DNA of 64,000 nucleotides, taken from an uncultured delta proteobacterium. Its GTDB lineage: Bacteria; Myxococcota_A; Polyangia; Polyangiales; Polyangiaceae. The notes beneath the pieces are model-generated. The model saw only the letters and a program-made list of their open reading frames with translations. It made no database searches and was not told where the DNA came from. Below, piece after piece: positions 61,117-64,000 of this stretch. Made by a program: the position numbers and the translations under genes. The stretch spans positions 172,948 through 236,947 of the forward strand of contig CAVSWE010000003.1 in the NCBI GenBank assembly GCA_963731595.1, read 5' to 3'. Position 1 is the stretch's first letter. Every line of letters begins with the position of its first letter.

Positions 61117-61383
61117 ATGGAATCCGTTGATCACAACACCAAGCGTGGCGTCGATTTGCGGAACGTTGCCATGGACGCCTGGACCAAGGTCTTGGGGGTC
61201 GAGGCTGGTCCGAGCGACGACTTCTTTGCGCTGGGTGGCGACTCCATCGCCGCGGTTCAAGTGATGTATCCGATCTCTCAACTAGTCGGCACCGAGATTC
61301 CTCCCACGCTGATTTACGCGCATACTACCCTTGAGCAGCTCGCGGTCGAGGTCGAGCGGTTGCTGAAGAGCCGCCAGAAATAG
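61117..61383 (+). CDS. Stand-alone peptidyl/acyl carrier protein (PCP-like).
   Basis: FFALGGDSIAAVQV phosphopantetheine-attachment motif (LGGDS). 88 aa. A GGGAGACGG RBS lies 8 nt upstream. Confidence 0.7.
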   Translation: MESVDHNTKRGVDLRNVAMDAWTKVLGVEAGPSDDFFALGGDSIAAVQVMYPISQLVGTEIPPTLIYAHTTLEQLAVEVERLLKSRQK

Positions 61384-61590
61384 GGATAGTGCCGTCGGGC
61401 TCGTCCTGATCCGGAGTCGTCAGGAGAGAAGATCCGATGCCTGTTTGATACTCCGTAGCTGGAAACGGATCCTCGATCGGCCCCTGGACTGCTTCCATCT
61501 GAGCCCTGAAAACGAAAACGCCCCCACTCCGAGCAATGGACTGAGATTGCGGCGGAGGCGACGCAGAACCGGCACCGCGTAGCCGAGAAT

Positions 61591-62052
61591 GTGCTGCAGA
61601 TGCTGCGCTCGCTCGCATCGCTCACGGAGGGTTTCCCAGTCAACCAGCTCGTGCACTCCTTGCAGGCAGCGGCCCGCGCTGAGTCCGCGGGAGCTGACGA
61701 TGAGATGGTCGTCGCGGCGCTCTGTCACGACCTGGGCAACCTGATCGAACCGAGCAATCATGCGATGATCGCGGCGGAAATCCTAAGGCCGTTTGTACGG
61801 AAAGAAGTCTATTGGGTAGTCCGCGTGCATCAGGAGTTTCAAGGCAGATACTACTTCCACTATTTCAACCTGGACCGAAACATCAGCGACCGGTACAAGG
61901 GCCACCCATCGTACGAGCTAGCGAGGCGCTTCTCCAGCGACTGGGACCAGATGGCCTTCGATCCCGACTACGAGACGCCGCCGCTTGAGCACTACGAGCC
62001 GTTGGTCCGAAAGCTCTTTTCGCGGACGAACGCGTTTACCGGGGGCGGATAA
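61591..62052 (+). CDS. HD-domain phosphohydrolase-like protein.
   Basis: H...HD motif (LVHSLQAA...ALCHDLGNL); 153 aa. Confidence 0.65.
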   Translation: MLQMLRSLASLTEGFPVNQLVHSLQAAARAESAGADDEMVVAALCHDLGNLIEPSNHAMIAAEILRPFVRKEVYWVVRVHQEFQGRYYFHYFNLDRNISDRYKGHPSYELARRFSSDWDQMAFDPDYETPPLEHYEPLVRKLFSRTNAFTGGG

Positions 62053-62074
62053 CGACCGGAACTGCAGCCACCGG

Positions 62075-63478
62075 TCAAAGGACTTTTCCTGGGTTCAGGA
62101 TCCCCAGAGGATCCATCACTCGCTTGAGTGCGCGCATGAGGTCGATCTCGGCCGCGCTGCGGGATTGGGCGAACCAGGCTTTCTTGAGCAGACCGATCCC
62201 GTGCTCGGCGCTGACGCCTCCCTGATGGGCGCGGACTAGATCGAACATCGCCGTGTCGAAGGCATGGCAGCGCGCGAGGAACGTCCGCTTGTCCAGCGCT
62301 TCGGGTTTTATGATCCTGACCTGGAGGGTCCCGTCGCCAACATGAGCGAAGAGGCACAGCTCCCAGTCGGAGTAGCTTTTCGCGTGCAGCGCCTCGAGTT
62401 CGGTGTAGAAAGCGTGAAAGCGCGAGATCGGAAGCGCAATGTTGTGCCCGTGCACGAGGCCGACAGCGTTGAGCGATTCATCGATACGCTGGCGGTAGCC
62501 CCACAACTCTTCGGCTTGTTGCGAGCTCCGGGCATGCGTGGCGGCGGCCACCAGGCCCGGCTCGAACAGCGACTCCAGCCATCCCTCGATGGCGCCGCGA
62601 TCAGCCTGGGTCACCTCGAGGAGCGCATAGTGGTTGGACGCCACGTCGAACGGCGGTTTGAGCTGGCGGTAGCGCATTACATGCGCAAGGCAGCGGTCCG
62701 TGAAGGATTCGAACGCCATCAAAGTGAATGGCGCTCCGCGGGCGCGCTCGAACACTTGGAGCACCGCTTCGAAGGAGGGCACGGCGAGAAGCAGGACGTC
62801 AACCTTGCCGGGGGGCAGGGTGAGCTTGAGCGTGGCTTCGGTAATGACGCCGAGGATTCCTTCGCTGTCGATGAAGAGCTGCCGTAGATCGATGCCCGCG
62901 TTGTTCTTCTCGAGGGCTCCGTTGAGCTGGAGCACTTCGCCGTTGGCGAGCACGACGGTCAAGCCAAGCACCCATTGCCGGGTCAGCCCGTAGCGGACGC
63001 CGCGCATTCCTCCGGCGTTGGTGGCGATACTGCCGCCAATCTGGCTGCCCGTGGAGTACAGCGCAATTGGCCACAACAGGCCCGCTTCCGCGCAGTGCTG
63101 ATGGACTGCTTCGATCACGGCTCCCGCCTGGACACGAAGTGTGCGACTGAGGGAATCGACAGGCTCCATGCGTCGCATCCGTTCGAGCGAGAGGATCAGC
63201 TCGCCACGCGTCGCCAGTGTGCCGCAGGCAAGGCCGGTGCGTCCGCCTGAGGGGATGACGGGGACGCGATGCTGCGTGCATAGCCGCATCAGGCGGGAAA
63301 CTTCGTCGGTGGTGCGTGGGCGGCACAGGATGCTCGCGTGCGGCGGAAACACTCTCGTCCAGTCTCGGCCGTAGGTCTCGAGGTCCGACGGCTCGATGGA
63401 CGCGAAGTGGATCGGAAACTCGCTTCTGATCGATTCGAGAAAGCCCAGAGGGAGCGCCGTCGCGGTTCCGACGCTCAT
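62075..63478 (-). CDS. FAD-linked oxidase (GlcD/D-lactate dehydrogenase family, PCMH-type FAD-binding).
   Basis: FAD-binding region IPSGGRTGLACG...GGSIATNAGG and a C-terminal VAO-type domain; 467 aa. Confidence 0.85.
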   Translation of the reverse strand: MSVGTATALPLGFLESIRSEFPIHFASIEPSDLETYGRDWTRVFPPHASILCRPRTTDEVSRLMRLCTQHRVPVIPSGGRTGLACGTLATRGELILSLERMRRMEPVDSLSRTLRVQAGAVIEAVHQHCAEAGLLWPIALYSTGSQIGGSIATNAGGMRGVRYGLTRQWVLGLTVVLANGEVLQLNGALEKNNAGIDLRQLFIDSEGILGVITEATLKLTLPPGKVDVLLLAVPSFEAVLQVFERARGAPFTLMAFESFTDRCLAHVMRYRQLKPPFDVASNHYALLEVTQADRGAIEGWLESLFEPGLVAAATHARSSQQAEELWGYRQRIDESLNAVGLVHGHNIALPISRFHAFYTELEALHAKSYSDWELCLFAHVGDGTLQVRIIKPEALDKRTFLARCHAFDTAMFDLVRAHQGGVSAEHGIGLLKKAWFAQSRSAAEIDLMRALKRVMDPLGILNPGKVL

Positions 63479-63650
63479 AGGGGAACCACCATGGTGTCGG
63501 CGGGAGGCGTTGGCTCACCCGACGCGGTGTCGCCTTTACCAAAATCCTCGACCCGACTCGGACTCATCGTAAGGCAGAGCGCCACCCGTGCCGCGCCCGG
63601 GGCGCAGTGTACGCCAGACCCCACGACAAATCTTGGTTCGGTCAGCGCGC

Positions 63651-64000
63651 TCACGGATTTGTTCGCCCGAAGACGTTCTGCATCGCGCTACGGATCACCT
63701 GTGCCAGTTCGACGATATGGCGCGTCACAAGCGTCCGGTGGTCGCCAGGAAGATCATGGATCTCCACCGTTGCCGCGAACCGGGACCAGCCTAGGTCGCG
63801 CGGCGGTTCGCTGCGCTCACGTGAACGCAGGAGCACGACGCGGCCGTTGTACGGGCCACCCGCGTACTTGTCCATTGCCTTTACATAGCGCAGTTGGGTC
63901 TCGCTCTCCGAGTCATGCGGCGCGAGGACGTGATATCCGCCGCCACGATCGAGGACAACGTACTCCTCATCCGCCCGCTCGGGCGCACCACGCGGCGCGC
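63651..64000 (-). CDS. Type II thioesterase (alpha/beta hydrolase), C-terminal fragment; the N-terminus is beyond the window edge.
   Basis: C-terminal ...GWSRFAATVEIHDLPGDHRTLV...ELAQVIRSAM matches the GxH region of NRPS/PKS type II thioesterases. The frame stays open to position 64000. Confidence 0.6.
   Translation of the reverse strand, partial: APRGAPERADEEYVVLDRGGGYHVLAPHDSESETQLRYVKAMDKYAGGPYNGRVVLLRSRERSEPPRDLGWSRFAATVEIHDLPGDHRTLVTRHIVELAQVIRSAMQNVFGRTNP

Overview
The window is about 70% GC and densely coding, in a Myxococcota/Deltaproteobacteria-like style: many lipoproteins, a myxobacterial Cys-rich 'putative metal-binding motif' protein, DUF4339, FGE and CRTAC1-like proteins. Most opposite-strand Arg-rich ORFs in the six-frame track are GC artefacts. 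My line counting can be off by one base, so internal starts not taken from the ORF track are approximate.

Genes I can support, left to right: small secreted lipoproteins and a DsbD-like CcdA-thioredoxin fusion (0-3 kb); a Cys-rich secreted protein and lipoproteins (3-5 kb); a DUF4339 Pro-rich membrane protein and ComF (5-8.5 kb); a co-directional string spoU-grpE-dnaK-(truncated LeuA-like DRE-TIM synthase)-(alpha/beta hydrolase) (8.9-14.2 kb); TamB-like plus an Omp85/BamA-family protein (14.3-22.1 kb); DUF962, a Tat-signal TldD plus PmbA, an exported metallophosphoesterase, an FGE-like protein and a CRTAC1-like protein (22-29.4 kb); an AAA-TPR-winged-helix regulator and an LRR protein (29.4-32.8 kb); a membrane protein and a methyltransferase (33-35.5 kb); tRNA-Lys(CTT) at 35.5 kb.

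The most interesting region is a ~20 kb glycan locus at 35.7-55.2 kb. It has a complete GDP-D-glycero-alpha-D-manno-heptose pathway (hddC-hddA-gmhA-gmhB), then a transaldolase, a Gmd-like 4,6-dehydratase, a TylCIII-type sugar C-methyltransferase and an Rmd-like reductase. That points to a 6-deoxy, possibly C-methyl-branched, heptose. It also has two DPM1-like GT2 polyprenol-phosphate sugar synthases (one fused to a methyltransferase), three large polytopic GT-C-like membrane proteins, and two paralogous membrane-anchored F5/8 discoidin (CBM32-like) proteins. I read this as a candidate periplasmic glycosylation system that uses a lipid-linked heptose donor, which I have not seen described.

The right end (60.4-64 kb) drops in GC and carries a stand-alone PCP, an HD hydrolase, an FAD oxidase and a thioesterase fragment.

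At least twelve large genes show single-base frame shifts, most of them +1: TamB x2, Omp85, PmbA, the Rmd-like reductase, the MBL/beta-CASP nuclease x3, the regulator, two membrane proteins and the DUF4339 protein. This looks like indel sequencing error rather than biology, but it needs checking against reads.
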